From positions 641,165 to 705,164 of the forward strand of contig JACOUP010000008.1 of the NCBI GenBank assembly GCA_016177765.1: a stretch of DNA of 64,000 nt. Direction: 5' to 3'. The DNA comes from Deltaproteobacteria bacterium (lineage in GTDB: Bacteria; UBA10199; JACPAL01; JACOUP01). The notes beneath the pieces were generated by a model. It ran no database searches. It had not been told where the DNA came from and was given only the letters and a program-made list of their open reading frames with translations. Of this stretch, positions 7,110 to 16,295 are shown piece by piece; position 1 is the first letter of the stretch, and every line of letters begins with the position of its first letter. Position numbers and translations under genes: made by a program.

Positions 7110-10100
7110 TCACTTGGCTCCTGAAGCCCTCCCTCCCCCTAAATCCGGGGTCGACCAAAGATTGTTAACCATCCTGTTAGCCGATGGGTTGACAACAAGA
7201 CTGCCATAAAATTCATTGGGGACAAACGGGGCGTTCCTGATCGTCCCGCCAGCCGCCTGAACCGTCGACTGGAAGCTCGGCGAGACCCCCTTGCCGTACT
7301 CCACATAATAATTCGGTACGATAGTTCCCGGATAACTGGTCTTCAATTGGGTATCGGAAAGATAGGACCCTGGTGTGGTCAGGATCTGGAGCTGTTTGCC
7401 GTCATGCCCTGAAGGGGCAGATTTTAAGGTGGAAGCCCCCGATTTGATCTCATAGAGGTCGATCGTCCCTCCCTGCAGAGATTGGGGATTCAAAGAATCA
7501 GGCTCATACCACCCCGGCTGACCAGGGGCATAAACCTTGTAACGGCCGTTAGTATTCGGTTCAAGACCCATATTATTCAATGTGCCCTCTTCAACATAAT
7601 TACCACGCGCCTTGGGATCACCAATCTTGATCTTGCTAGAGAGATATCCAGTCCCGCCTCCTATCACCGTACTCATTCCTATCGAGTTGTAATTGTAGTC
7701 AAACGGTTCTTGGACACCTGTAGCCATATTCAACGTCTGTGTTGAGGCATCACTCACACCCCCTCCCACAGCGCCGCCGACGATCACATTCCCCCCGGTG
7801 ACAAGAGTCGTCACACCACCGGCACAGCCGCCAATGGTGTTCCCCGCGTAAGTCTGCCAGCTGGATACGGAGGGTTCCCAATTCCAGATGCTTGTTGCTA
7901 TGTCGGCAACGCCGGTTCCAACGAACCCAAAGGCTCCTCCGACCGCACAAGCTCCAGCAATAGCCTCTACCACGCAACCATCCCAAAGGCAGTTTCCGGA
8001 GGGATCGATATTCTGAACCGGATCCCCCTTCCCATAGGCATAAAGATTCAAACCGGCGGAATATCCCAACGGATCCCTCGAAATAAACCGTCCGGCGACC
8101 GGATCATAGTAGCGGGCCCGCATGGAGTAGAGACCGGTCGGGTCATTCTGGACACCAAACTTTCCGACAAACTGGAATGGATTAGCGGTTGTCCCGGTTT
8201 TTCTGTTCGGTCGGCCTAGCTCGTCATAGAGGTACTGATCCGTCACCGTCCCGGAAGGGTCAGAGAGGGCGACCGTTGAACCAAGCGGGTCATACTGGTA
8301 GAATCGTACCTGCGATCCATCAGCACTGATCTGACTTGCCAGCCCCAGGCCATAAACATAATAATTCTGTATCGCACCGGCGCTATCCGCCTCCGCAACG
8401 ACATCAGGAAGCCCCCGGTTGTCATCAACCAGGAATTGCGTCGTCTCGCCATTTTGTGTGAGAGAGGTCCGGTTGCCGTCACCATCATAACCGAGGACCA
8501 CCGTCCCTGCAGCGCTGGTCACCTCACTCAACTGGTCTTTGGCATCGAAGGAATAGGAAATGCCGCCGCCAGAGATCAGATTCCCGTTCAAATCATAATC
8601 AAAATTGAGCGGACCCAGTGTCAGGAGTTCATTCTCCTCATTGTAGGTGGCGCCCACCTCCTCCGGGCTAATCCAGGGAGTCAGCGGTTCTTCCTTTTCA
8701 ACACGGGTCCGGCGGCCCAGTTGATCAAGCGTATAATGATAACTGGAAAGAACTGACCCATCGGCCTTGTCGTTGGTGAGATCGGTCAGGCGTGAGGTCT
8801 CATCGTAACCATAGGTTGTCGTCAATCCGTTGGGGAGGGTCACCTCGTTCAGCCGGCCGCCAGTGTCGTAGCGGTAATGAGTGACCTGATCCAGCCAATC
8901 AGTCACCTGCGTCAACTGACGTGAGGGATTGTAGACATACTGGACCGTATGGTCTCCCGGATAGGTGAGTTGGGTCAGGAGTCCGGTCCGGTCGTAGCCA
9001 TAACTGAGATTGAAACCCCTCGGGTCGACAAAGGAGGTGGGACGACCAGCGGCATCATAGGTATACCGAGCCGTTCCCAAGGAATCGGTCCGGGTCAAAC
9101 GGTGACCGTTGGCATCATAAGTAGAGTCGACCGTCGTCCCGTCAGCCAGATGGATGGTGGAAAGGTGTCCCGCGGTATTGTAATCATAAAGGGTCGTCTG
9201 CCCCTTGCCATCCACCATCCGACTCAAACGCCCGGCCAGATCATAAAAATACTGTTCCTCCTCGCCCAAGGTGTTGGTTTGGCCAGTCTTGCGACCCGAC
9301 GAATCGTAGGTGAAGGTCGTCTCATGGCTGGCGGCATTGGTCAGACGGGTCAGATGGCCAGTGCGATTGTAGGCAAAGGAGGTGGTCTGACCCATGGAGT
9401 CAATGAGTGATGTCAACCGGCCGAGGGGATCGTAAGAAAATTGAGTGACGTGTCCACCGGCATCTGTCATTTGTGTTAACAAACCACTGACCGGATCGTA
9501 CTGCCGCACTGTTCTATTTCCCAAGGGGTCGGTCGCCTCCGTCAGCCGACCCAGCAAATCATAACGAGTACTCCAGGTCTGACCGGAGGAGTCGGTTCGT
9601 GAGGTCACGTTCCCTTCCTGATCATAAACAAAACTACTGACCCGGCCGGAGGGATCGGTCATGGAAGAAAGATTCCCCGCCGCATCGTAGGTCATCCGGA
9701 GCGTCCGGTTCTCGGCATCGGTCACAGCAGTTTTTCTGTTCAAGGCATCATAGGTAAACGTGGTCTGGTTCCCCAACGGGTCCTGAATGGACTCCATAAA
9801 GTCGTTGGCGTTCCAGCGGAGCTCGATCGCATTGCCGTTTCTGTCAATGACCCGCGCTGGGTTCCCATTGGTGTCATATTCATAACGAACCACCGAGCCG
9901 TCCGGCGACGTCACTGAATTGAGCTGGTCGTCCGGATTATAGGCAAAGGTGGTGGTCTGGCCGAGTGGATTGGTCATGGTGGCGACACGATCGGCGCCAT
10001 CATAAGTCTGCCGTGTCACCCCTCCGGTCGGATCGGTCGTTGTGATCAATCGCCCCTGATTGTCGTATTCAAAAGTGGTTGTCTGGCCTTCCGGATCGGT

Positions 10101-13100
10101 AAAGGCAGTGGCCTGACCAAATTCGTTGTAGGTATAACGACTTTCAACCGTTTGCTCCCCAACAACCTCCCAAACACGTGTCAGATTCCCCTCGCTATCA
10201 TATTCCAGGTTCCGCTCATGACCGGTTGGTTCGACGGTCTTGACCAGATCATCGGTTTCCAGATTATATTCAAACCGGGTCACATTGCCAAGCGGATCAG
10301 TGAGGGAAACCAGGTTCCCCCGTGCATCGTAGGTGGAACTTAACCGGTTTCCTTTTCGGTCCGTCATCCCGGAACGGAGGCTATCAACATTGTATTCGTA
10401 CAGGATCGGACGGCCCAGCGGATCCTGGCTCTCCACAACCCTTAAAGAATCATCATAGACCTGACGGAGCATCTGACCGAGCGGGTCGGTGACCAAAACC
10501 CGCCCCGGCTGTCCGTCGACCTCGTACAAAATCTGCGTCCGGTGGACCCGGCCGTCTTCCTGGGCCACCACCCTGGAGAGATCATCGTAACTGTTCTTGA
10601 CCAACCTGTTGCCGCGTGGGTCGGTCACCTCCGTCATCTGATGGAGAGGGTCATACCGGTAGGTATAACTTCCGGACCGGACATCAGTGAAACCGGTCAG
10701 GTCCTCTCCTGTGTACCCGAATTGGACCGACCGGCCGGCAGGGTCGGTGACCGAGGCGATCTTGAACTCTTCGTCACTCGCGTAGGCGAAAACAAGGCTC
10801 CTGCCGGTGGAGCTGGTCACCTGTGTCAAACGATTCTTCAGATCGTAAGAGAGGGAGAGTCTATTGCCCTTCCGGTCAGTGACCTGATCCAGACGGCCGT
10901 TGGCCAAGAAGTGAAGGGTGGAATGGTCCTTGGTGGCCAGGGTGAAACCATTGTCATCATTCTTGATCAGTGAAGAAAAGATCCCGGGAGGAGACTGATA
11001 GGTCCCGTCACCGTTCGAGGCGTACGTCTCCGAACGACCATCCCCCCACCGGATCTGTACCGACCCATCCCCCCATTCGGTCGCCACAATATTATAGTTG
11101 TGCGTCCAGCCAAACCCAAGGGGCCCCACATATTTGTCCTGACTATTGTAGGTCCGGGCAAAATTGAGGCCAAATCCGCGCCCTGAAAGGAGCAGGTCTG
11201 TGTGATGGTAGGCGTAATTTCCCGTTGCCGTGTTGACGGGGTCGCTGACATTCTGGACCGTCGGACTCTTGTTGCCGAATTTTTCATTCGCCATAGAGCG
11301 ACAGATGGCGTCACAGTAAGGCGGCTGTTGGACGCTTAAGGTGACAGGAACCGTCGCGGTACCGTCGGATGGATCATTACTGCTGGCCACTTGAAGAACT
11401 GTATCTACGGTTGCCGCTGGTTGAAGGTCTGCGGTGTTAACCGTTACCTGAAGTTGATCGGTCTGGCCGGCCGCCAAGAGATGGGTTGACCGGACAAGAG
11501 TATCAGTTTCGCCGCCGTTTTTCACCACAGTCATCCATGGGGTTGGAGTTGTGGCACTCACGTTGTAGTAAAGTGGACCGGTCCCGGTATTGGTAACCGT
11601 CACCTGCTGGGTCTGGTTGACCGTTCCTTTCAAAACCGTGATCTGGATCGGACTCCCGGTGAAGACAAAATTAGCATTGTCATCCGGGTTGCAGACATCG
11701 TTGATCCCGTCATTCGTATAAAAGGGACATAAATCACTCCCATCCGTAATGCCGTCCCCATCTTCATCATGATTGCAGGCATCCCCATAAGAATCGCGCA
11801 GGGAGAGGTTGGGGCAATCGTTATGACTACAAACATCACCGGTATCATCCTCGGGCGAACCGTCGGCGCAATCACTGTGGTTGCAGGCATCCCCAACATT
11901 ATCCTGGAGCGAGAGGTCGGCGCAATCACTGTGGTTGCAAGGGGCACCAACCGTATCCGGATCGGCACAATCGCCATGATCACAGGGGTCTCCAGCCGCA
12001 TCCTGATTAGAACCATCAGGACAATCGTTATGCACGCAGGCATCCCCCCAGGAGTCGCGCGGGGAAAAATCCGGACAATCGTTATGCACACAAGCATCTC
12101 CAACGGAATCCCTTGCCGTAAAATCGCCGCAGTCGTTGTGGTTGCAGGGATCGCCAATCGAATCATCCGGATCAAAGGGGCAACTGTCGGCAGTGTCAAC
12201 ACGGCCATCGCCGTCTTCATTGTGGTTACAGGCATCGCCGATATTATCCTTGAGACTCCCATTGGGACAAACGTCACGGTTCACATTGATGAAGTGGCTA
12301 CCAGTGGCCCCGTTACTATCATAACAAATGATGCCGATCGAATTCCAACCCGGCACCAGTTGAACATCGGCGTTGAAGGAGGCGGAACCACCGGAAAGGG
12401 ACCGGCTACTGTTCCAACCAGCGGTGCTGTTTTGAACAAGCACCGAACTCAGGTTGCTGTTAGGGTCACTACAAGTCCCGTCGATTGTTACATACGGGGC
12501 TGTTGTTACCGTGCCATCCGATGGTGAAATGATCAGGGCTGTCGGGGGATTGTTGGGGGGTGATTCCGTCGTAAAGGCCCACCTCGTCCAATTACGACTT
12601 TGGGCCTCGCCGTCATACCCAAAAACCTGCCAATAGTAGGTGGTGTTATAGTTAAGGCTGATCCCGTTGGCCGAGGGTTGCCAGGCCGTCGCCGTGCTGT
12701 TGGTCCAACCGTTCATTAAAGGGGAACTGAAGTCGCTATTATCATCCAACTGGATATAGTAATTTACAATGCTGTCGCCCGCATCCGGATCACTACAGGC
12801 CCAATCCAGAGTTACCGATCGGCTGACACCGGTCGCCCCGTGGGAGGGAGAGGTCAGGGTACAGTCATTGGGGGGATTGTTTACAGCAGTCACAGTCAAC
12901 TGCAGATTGTAACTGGGGATCTGACCATCATTGCCATAGTCTTCAACTTTGACAAGATAGGTATCCGGATTTAATCGTCGCGTGATGCGCGAATAGTAGT
13001 TGCCTCCCCCGATGTCGTCATTTGTGGTAATGACACCGCCGGCGGCCTGTTCGAGGGTCAGGACCGTGTCGTAGCCGCTCGCCCCCGATGTCTCGATCGT

Positions 13101-14036
13101 GACATCCAAAGTTGTGTCGAGTCGGAACCAGATCCAGTCAACATCACCCGTCGGAACAATGCTGTGGGTTGTTGTCGTATTGAGAGACTGTGGTTTGGCC
13201 GTTAAGGAAGTATTGTCCGGCTCATACGAATCTTGGGGCAAGACCACATTGATCGAGGCCCAAACCGTTGAAGAACCACCAACCAATATTGTCGACCCCC
13301 CTGAAGTTTTTAACTGCCAGTCATCCCGGTAGGTCCCAGAAGTGGCCGGGGTCCGCATCGAAACACTAAAGACGACGCCGGAACCCGGATTCACGCTAAA
13401 TCCGATCGGGATATTATTAGTACTCGTGGACATCGAACCGCTGACGTAGCGGAGGTAATAGTTGCTCTGCCAGACGGTGGTCCCGTTATTGTAAATCGTC
13501 CACTGCTTGGTAAAATTGGTACTGGTATTAAGGGTAGTTCCGTCGGGATGGGATTCACCACCAAAAGAGGCTGAGGTGAGGTTGGGGACGAGGGAATAGT
13601 TCTGGACATAAGATGCCGGTGGGCCCACATACCTCGTGGTGCTCAGGGTGTTATAACCGCTGGCGCTCACACTCACAGGGTAGGTGTAGTTTGACGGCAA
13701 GGTCAGGGACCAGCTACCGGCCGAATTCGTCGTGGTCATCGCACCGTAGGGACAACTGTTGCCAAAACTAACCGAGGCCCCCGAAATACCAACGCCGCTT
13801 TGGGAGTTGGTTACCGCCCCCCCGATGGTCGACATCTGAACATTGGAACAGGTTAAGGTCTGCGCCTGGAGAGGGACATCTTGATACTCGGAGGAAGGGG
13901 GCAGAGCCGGGGTGGCACTGCCAACAACGGGAGTGGATTCTATCACCTCATCCGATTTTAAATCGAGGTTCTCAAGCCCTCCGCAGGAAGCGAGGAGGAG
14001 AAAAAGGGAGAGGAATAATAAAACCACTTTCCTCAT
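7110..14036 (-). CDS. Giant RHS/YD-repeat lipoprotein with teneurin/Tc-toxin-like architecture. Domain order: lipobox signal, carboxypeptidase-regulatory-like, Ig-like and FN3 domains, PPC domain, thrombospondin type 3-like repeats, RHS plug and YD shell, RHS core, and a ~290-aa uncharacterised C-terminal domain.
   Basis: The MRKVVLLFLSLFLLLASCGG lipobox is preceded by GGGGG 6 nt before ATG 14036. The ORF-track start at 14072 is TTG. The PPC motif (DWIWFRL...GNYYSRI...YNLQLTV), many YD repeats and the terminal core YYDPVAGRFISRDPLGYSAGLNLYAYGKGDPVQNIDPSGN are all present. The C-terminal domain that follows is Gly-zipper rich. Confidence 0.9.
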   Translation of the reverse strand: MRKVVLLFLSLFLLLASCGGLENLDLKSDEVIESTPVVGSATPALPPSSEYQDVPLQAQTLTCSNVQMSTIGGAVTNSQSGVGISGASVSFGNSCPYGAMTTTNSAGSWSLTLPSNYTYPVSVSASGYNTLSTTRYVGPPASYVQNYSLVPNLTSASFGGESHPDGTTLNTSTNFTKQWTIYNNGTTVWQSNYYLRYVSGSMSTSTNNIPIGFSVNPGSGVVFSVSMRTPATSGTYRDDWQLKTSGGSTILVGGSSTVWASINVVLPQDSYEPDNTSLTAKPQSLNTTTTHSIVPTGDVDWIWFRLDTTLDVTIETSGASGYDTVLTLEQAAGGVITTNDDIGGGNYYSRITRRLNPDTYLVKVEDYGNDGQIPSYNLQLTVTAVNNPPNDCTLTSPSHGATGVSRSVTLDWACSDPDAGDSIVNYYIQLDDNSDFSSPLMNGWTNSTATAWQPSANGISLNYNTTYYWQVFGYDGEAQSRNWTRWAFTTESPPNNPPTALIISPSDGTVTTAPYVTIDGTCSDPNSNLSSVLVQNSTAGWNSSRSLSGGSASFNADVQLVPGWNSIGIICYDSNGATGSHFINVNRDVCPNGSLKDNIGDACNHNEDGDGRVDTADSCPFDPDDSIGDPCNHNDCGDFTARDSVGDACVHNDCPDFSPRDSWGDACVHNDCPDGSNQDAAGDPCDHGDCADPDTVGAPCNHSDCADLSLQDNVGDACNHSDCADGSPEDDTGDVCSHNDCPNLSLRDSYGDACNHDEDGDGITDGSDLCPFYTNDGINDVCNPDDNANFVFTGSPIQITVLKGTVNQTQQVTVTNTGTGPLYYNVSATTPTPWMTVVKNGGETDTLVRSTHLLAAGQTDQLQVTVNTADLQPAATVDTVLQVASSNDPSDGTATVPVTLSVQQPPYCDAICRSMANEKFGNKSPTVQNVSDPVNTATGNYAYHHTDLLLSGRGFGLNFARTYNSQDKYVGPLGFGWTHNYNIVATEWGDGSVQIRWGDGRSETYASNGDGTYQSPPGIFSSLIKNDDNGFTLATKDHSTLHFLANGRLDQVTDRKGNRLSLSYDLKNRLTQVTSSTGRSLVFAYASDEEFKIASVTDPAGRSVQFGYTGEDLTGFTDVRSGSYTYRYDPLHQMTEVTDPRGNRLVKNSYDDLSRVVAQEDGRVHRTQILYEVDGQPGRVLVTDPLGQMLRQVYDDSLRVVESQDPLGRPILYEYNVDSLRSGMTDRKGNRLSSTYDARGNLVSLTDPLGNVTRFEYNLETDDLVKTVEPTGHERNLEYDSEGNLTRVWEVVGEQTVESRYTYNEFGQATAFTDPEGQTTTFEYDNQGRLITTTDPTGGVTRQTYDGADRVATMTNPLGQTTTFAYNPDDQLNSVTSPDGSVVRYEYDTNGNPARVIDRNGNAIELRWNANDFMESIQDPLGNQTTFTYDALNRKTAVTDAENRTLRMTYDAAGNLSSMTDPSGRVSSFVYDQEGNVTSRTDSSGQTWSTRYDLLGRLTEATDPLGNRTVRQYDPVSGLLTQMTDAGGHVTQFSYDPLGRLTSLIDSMGQTTSFAYNRTGHLTRLTNAASHETTFTYDSSGRKTGQTNTLGEEEQYFYDLAGRLSRMVDGKGQTTLYDYNTAGHLSTIHLADGTTVDSTYDANGHRLTRTDSLGTARYTYDAAGRPTSFVDPRGFNLSYGYDRTGLLTQLTYPGDHTVQYVYNPSRQLTQVTDWLDQVTHYRYDTGGRLNEVTLPNGLTTTYGYDETSRLTDLTNDKADGSVLSSYHYTLDQLGRRTRVEKEEPLTPWISPEEVGATYNEENELLTLGPLNFDYDLNGNLISGGGISYSFDAKDQLSEVTSAAGTVVLGYDGDGNRTSLTQNGETTQFLVDDNRGLPDVVAEADSAGAIQNYYVYGLGLASQISADGSQVRFYQYDPLGSTVALSDPSGTVTDQYLYDELGRPNRKTGTTANPFQFVGKFGVQNDPTGLYSMRARYYDPVAGRFISRDPLGYSAGLNLYAYGKGDPVQNIDPSGNCLWDGCVVEAIAGACAVGGAFGFVGTGVADIATSIWNWEPSVSSWQTYAGNTIGGCAGGVTTLVTGGNVIVGGAVGGGVSDASTQTLNMATGVQEPFDYNYNSIGMSTVIGGGTGYLSSKIKIGDPKARGNYVEEGTLNNMGLEPNTNGRYKVYAPGQPGWYEPDSLNPQSLQGGTIDLYEIKSGASTLKSAPSGHDGKQLQILTTPGSYLSDTQLKTSYPGTIVPNYYVEYGKGVSPSFQSTVQAAGGTIRNAPFVPNEFYGSLVVNPSANRMVNNLWSTPDLGGGRASGAK
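7113..7995 (-). other. Variable C-terminal, putative toxin/effector domain of the RHS protein.
   Basis: This ~293-aa region lies after the DPxG core boundary. It contains GxxxG-rich stretches (GGCAGGVTTLVTGGNVIVGGAVGGGVS) and matches no catalytic motif I recognise. Confidence 0.6.
11750..12260 (-). repeat. Thrombospondin type 3-like 18-codon repeat array inside the RHS gene.
   Basis: It carries the same D-x-C-N-H-N-D-C repeat family as the downstream gene, here about 9 units. Confidence 0.75.
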
Positions 14037-14111
14037 TAACAAGACCCCCGAGGCGACGGGTGCTTCACCCAAGGCCCGTGGAAGGAGCCTAAGTCAGAGA
14101 AGACACAGTGT

Positions 14112-14117
14112 GTCAAT
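14112..14117 (-). promoter_or_regulatory. Candidate -35 box (TTGACA) upstream of the RHS gene.
   Basis: The minus-strand sequence is TTGACAcactgtgtcttctctgacTTAGGCT. Only the -35 is a good match and the -10 is weak. Confidence 0.2.
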
Positions 14118-14130
14118 CTTTTTTTATTTT

Positions 14131-14787
14131 CTAGATCAGAATCGCCTTCTGGAGGGCCTGGATCGCCTGTTGATACCCTTTGGCCCCAAAAATCGCAGAC
14201 CCGGCGACAAAGATATCGGCCCCCGCCTTGGAGATCGCCCCGGCGGTCTCCGGTTTGATCCCCCCATCGACCTCGATCAGGAAGGAAAGTTTTTTTTCGT
14301 CACGGATTTTCTTCAGGGCCGCCACCTTGGGGATCCCTGCTTCAAGGAACTTCTGCCCGGCAAAACCGGGGTAAACGGTCATGATTAGGAGATAATCGAT
14401 TTTTGACAACAGCGGAATGATCGTTTCAACAGGAGTATCGGGATTCACCGCAACACCGGCCTTTTTGCCTAAGGCCCTGATTTTTTCCGCCACCAAACCA
14501 AGATTGGGACAGGCCTCGGCATGGACTGAAATCATATCGGCTCCCGCCTCGGCAAATAGGGAAATATACTTCTCCGGTTTTTCAATCATCAGGTGACAAT
14601 CCAGCGGTATGGTGGCCACGCGGCGAATCGCCCGAACAACATCCGGACCGATGGTGAGGTTCGGGACAAAGTGGCCGTCCATGATATCGACATGGATCAG
14701 GTCGGCGCCAGCCTCGGTCACCGCCTTGACCTCATCACCCAGTTTGGAAAAATCAGCCGATAAAATGGACGGGGCGATCTGTTTCAT
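14131..14787 (-). CDS. rpe: Ribulose-phosphate 3-epimerase.
   Basis: ILSADFSKLGDEV...HVDIMDGHFVPN matches the Rpe signature. Confidence 0.9.
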   Translation of the reverse strand: MKQIAPSILSADFSKLGDEVKAVTEAGADLIHVDIMDGHFVPNLTIGPDVVRAIRRVATIPLDCHLMIEKPEKYISLFAEAGADMISVHAEACPNLGLVAEKIRALGKKAGVAVNPDTPVETIIPLLSKIDYLLIMTVYPGFAGQKFLEAGIPKVAALKKIRDEKKLSFLIEVDGGIKPETAGAISKAGADIFVAGSAIFGAKGYQQAIQALQKAILI

Positions 14788-15716
14788 GACCCTAATTTTG
14801 TCCCCACCTCAAGCGGGTGCCCTCTCAAAAACTCCGCGGCGGAAAGCCGCTTTCCCCCCTCCAGTTGCAGTTCTTCCAAACGGAGAATCCCGTGACCGCA
14901 AGCAACATCAATCCCGGAAGGGTGGGTCGCCAGAATTTCTCCCGGCCTCTGTTTTTTATTTTTTTCAGGGATCACCGAGGCAGTGTAAATTTTAAGCCTT
15001 TGGGTGTCAAGAAAGGTATACGCCCCCGGCCAGGGATTCGTCCCCCGAATTTTACAAAAAATCGCCTTCGCCGAACAATTCCAGTCAATCAGACCGTCTT
15101 CTTTCTCTAAGGAAGGGGCCCAAGTCACCATTTCCTCAACCTGAGGAGAGGCCTGCAACTTCCCTTCCTTCAACCGTTGAATCGTCTCAACAAGGAGTTC
15201 CGCCCCGATATTTGCCAGTCGTTTGCCCAAAAGAAGGCTGTTATCCTCCTCCTGAATCGGAACCTTTCTTTGAAGATAGATCGGGCCGGCGTCCAGTCTT
15301 TCCACCATCTTTAAGGTGGTCACCCCGGTTTCCGCCTCGCCGTTGATCAGCGCCCATTGGACAGGGGCGGCCCCACGATACTTTGGCAAGAGTGAAAAAT
15401 GGAGGTTGAGACACCCTTGAGGTGGGATCATTAACATTTTCTTTGGCAGAATTTTCCCATAGGCAACCACAACAATCAGGTCCGGCGATAATTCAGTTAG
15501 CGTTCGGAGAAAAGAGTCGTCTAATTTTTCCGGTTGAAAAAGGAGCCGTTGGCTCTTTTTGGCAAGGGTAGCCACGGGGGGGGACGAAAGTTTTCGCCCC
15601 CGCCCCACCGGCCGGTCCGGCTGGCTGATAACCCCTATGATCTCTTCACCAGAAGCAAGGAGCGCCTCAAGACTGGGAAGGGCAATTTCTGGGGAACCAG
15701 CAAAAAGGATCTTCAT
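14784..15716 (-). CDS. fmt: Methionyl-tRNA formyltransferase.
   Basis: MKILFAGSPEIALPSLEALL...SLLPKYRGAAP matches the Fmt N-terminus and the SLLP motif. Confidence 0.9.
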   Translation of the reverse strand: MKILFAGSPEIALPSLEALLASGEEIIGVISQPDRPVGRGRKLSSPPVATLAKKSQRLLFQPEKLDDSFLRTLTELSPDLIVVVAYGKILPKKMLMIPPQGCLNLHFSLLPKYRGAAPVQWALINGEAETGVTTLKMVERLDAGPIYLQRKVPIQEEDNSLLLGKRLANIGAELLVETIQRLKEGKLQASPQVEEMVTWAPSLEKEDGLIDWNCSAKAIFCKIRGTNPWPGAYTFLDTQRLKIYTASVIPEKNKKQRPGEILATHPSGIDVACGHGILRLEELQLEGGKRLSAAEFLRGHPLEVGTKLGS

Positions 15717-16294
15717 CCGATATAGGCCCGTTTCGAAGTGGACGGGACTTCCTCAAACTCTTCATGCTTGGGGGAATCACCCTTCTCCAATTTCTTTTTG
15801 TAAAGGTCTCGTTTGAGGCGCGAGAGACGGTCCACCAAAAGAATCCCGTCCAGGTGATCAATTTCATGCTGGAAGGCGACCGCCAATAACTCCTCTGCCG
15901 GGATCCGGATCGGACGTCCCTCTTTGGAAAACCCCTGAACAATAATCTTGGCGGAGCGTTTCACCGGGAGAATCAACTGCGGGAGGGAAAGACACCCCTC
16001 TTCCCAGAGAATCTCCCCCTCCCGATGGACAATCTCCGGATTAATGATCGCCTTGGGGTCCGGTTTTCTTTTCTCACCCTTGGGTGAAGCACCCTCAAGT
16101 TGACCAATATCAATCACGAGAACCCTTTTTAAAACCGCCACCTGAGGGGCGGCCAGTCCTACCCCCGGCGCGGCATACATCGTCTCCAGCATGTCATCAA
16201 TAAGCCGCCCCACGGTTTTGTCCGAGGGAGAAACCGGTAACGATTTTTTTTTCAGTACCGGGTCCGGGTATTTGACAATCGGAAGGAGTGCCAT
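15713..16294 (-). CDS. def: Peptide deformylase.
   Basis: GLAAPQVAV...EGCLSLP...QHEIDHLDG are the three PDF motifs. Start re-derived at MALLPIV. Confidence 0.9.
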   Translation of the reverse strand: MALLPIVKYPDPVLKKKSLPVSPSDKTVGRLIDDMLETMYAAPGVGLAAPQVAVLKRVLVIDIGQLEGASPKGEKRKPDPKAIINPEIVHREGEILWEEGCLSLPQLILPVKRSAKIIVQGFSKEGRPIRIPAEELLAVAFQHEIDHLDGILLVDRLSRLKRDLYKKKLEKGDSPKHEEFEEVPSTSKRAYIG

Positions 16295-16295
16295 T

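Noticed and set aside
4080-12260. Whether the periodic repeats could be a CRISPR array
   Set aside because: The units are 54 bp and in-frame, there are no unique spacers, and they are degenerate copies inside long ORFs. They are coding tandem repeats, not CRISPR.
11630-12527. Antisense ORFs 11630..12277 (-) and 11769..12527 (+) inside the RHS gene
   Set aside because: The same repeat-driven artefact as above, confined to the thrombospondin type 3-like block.
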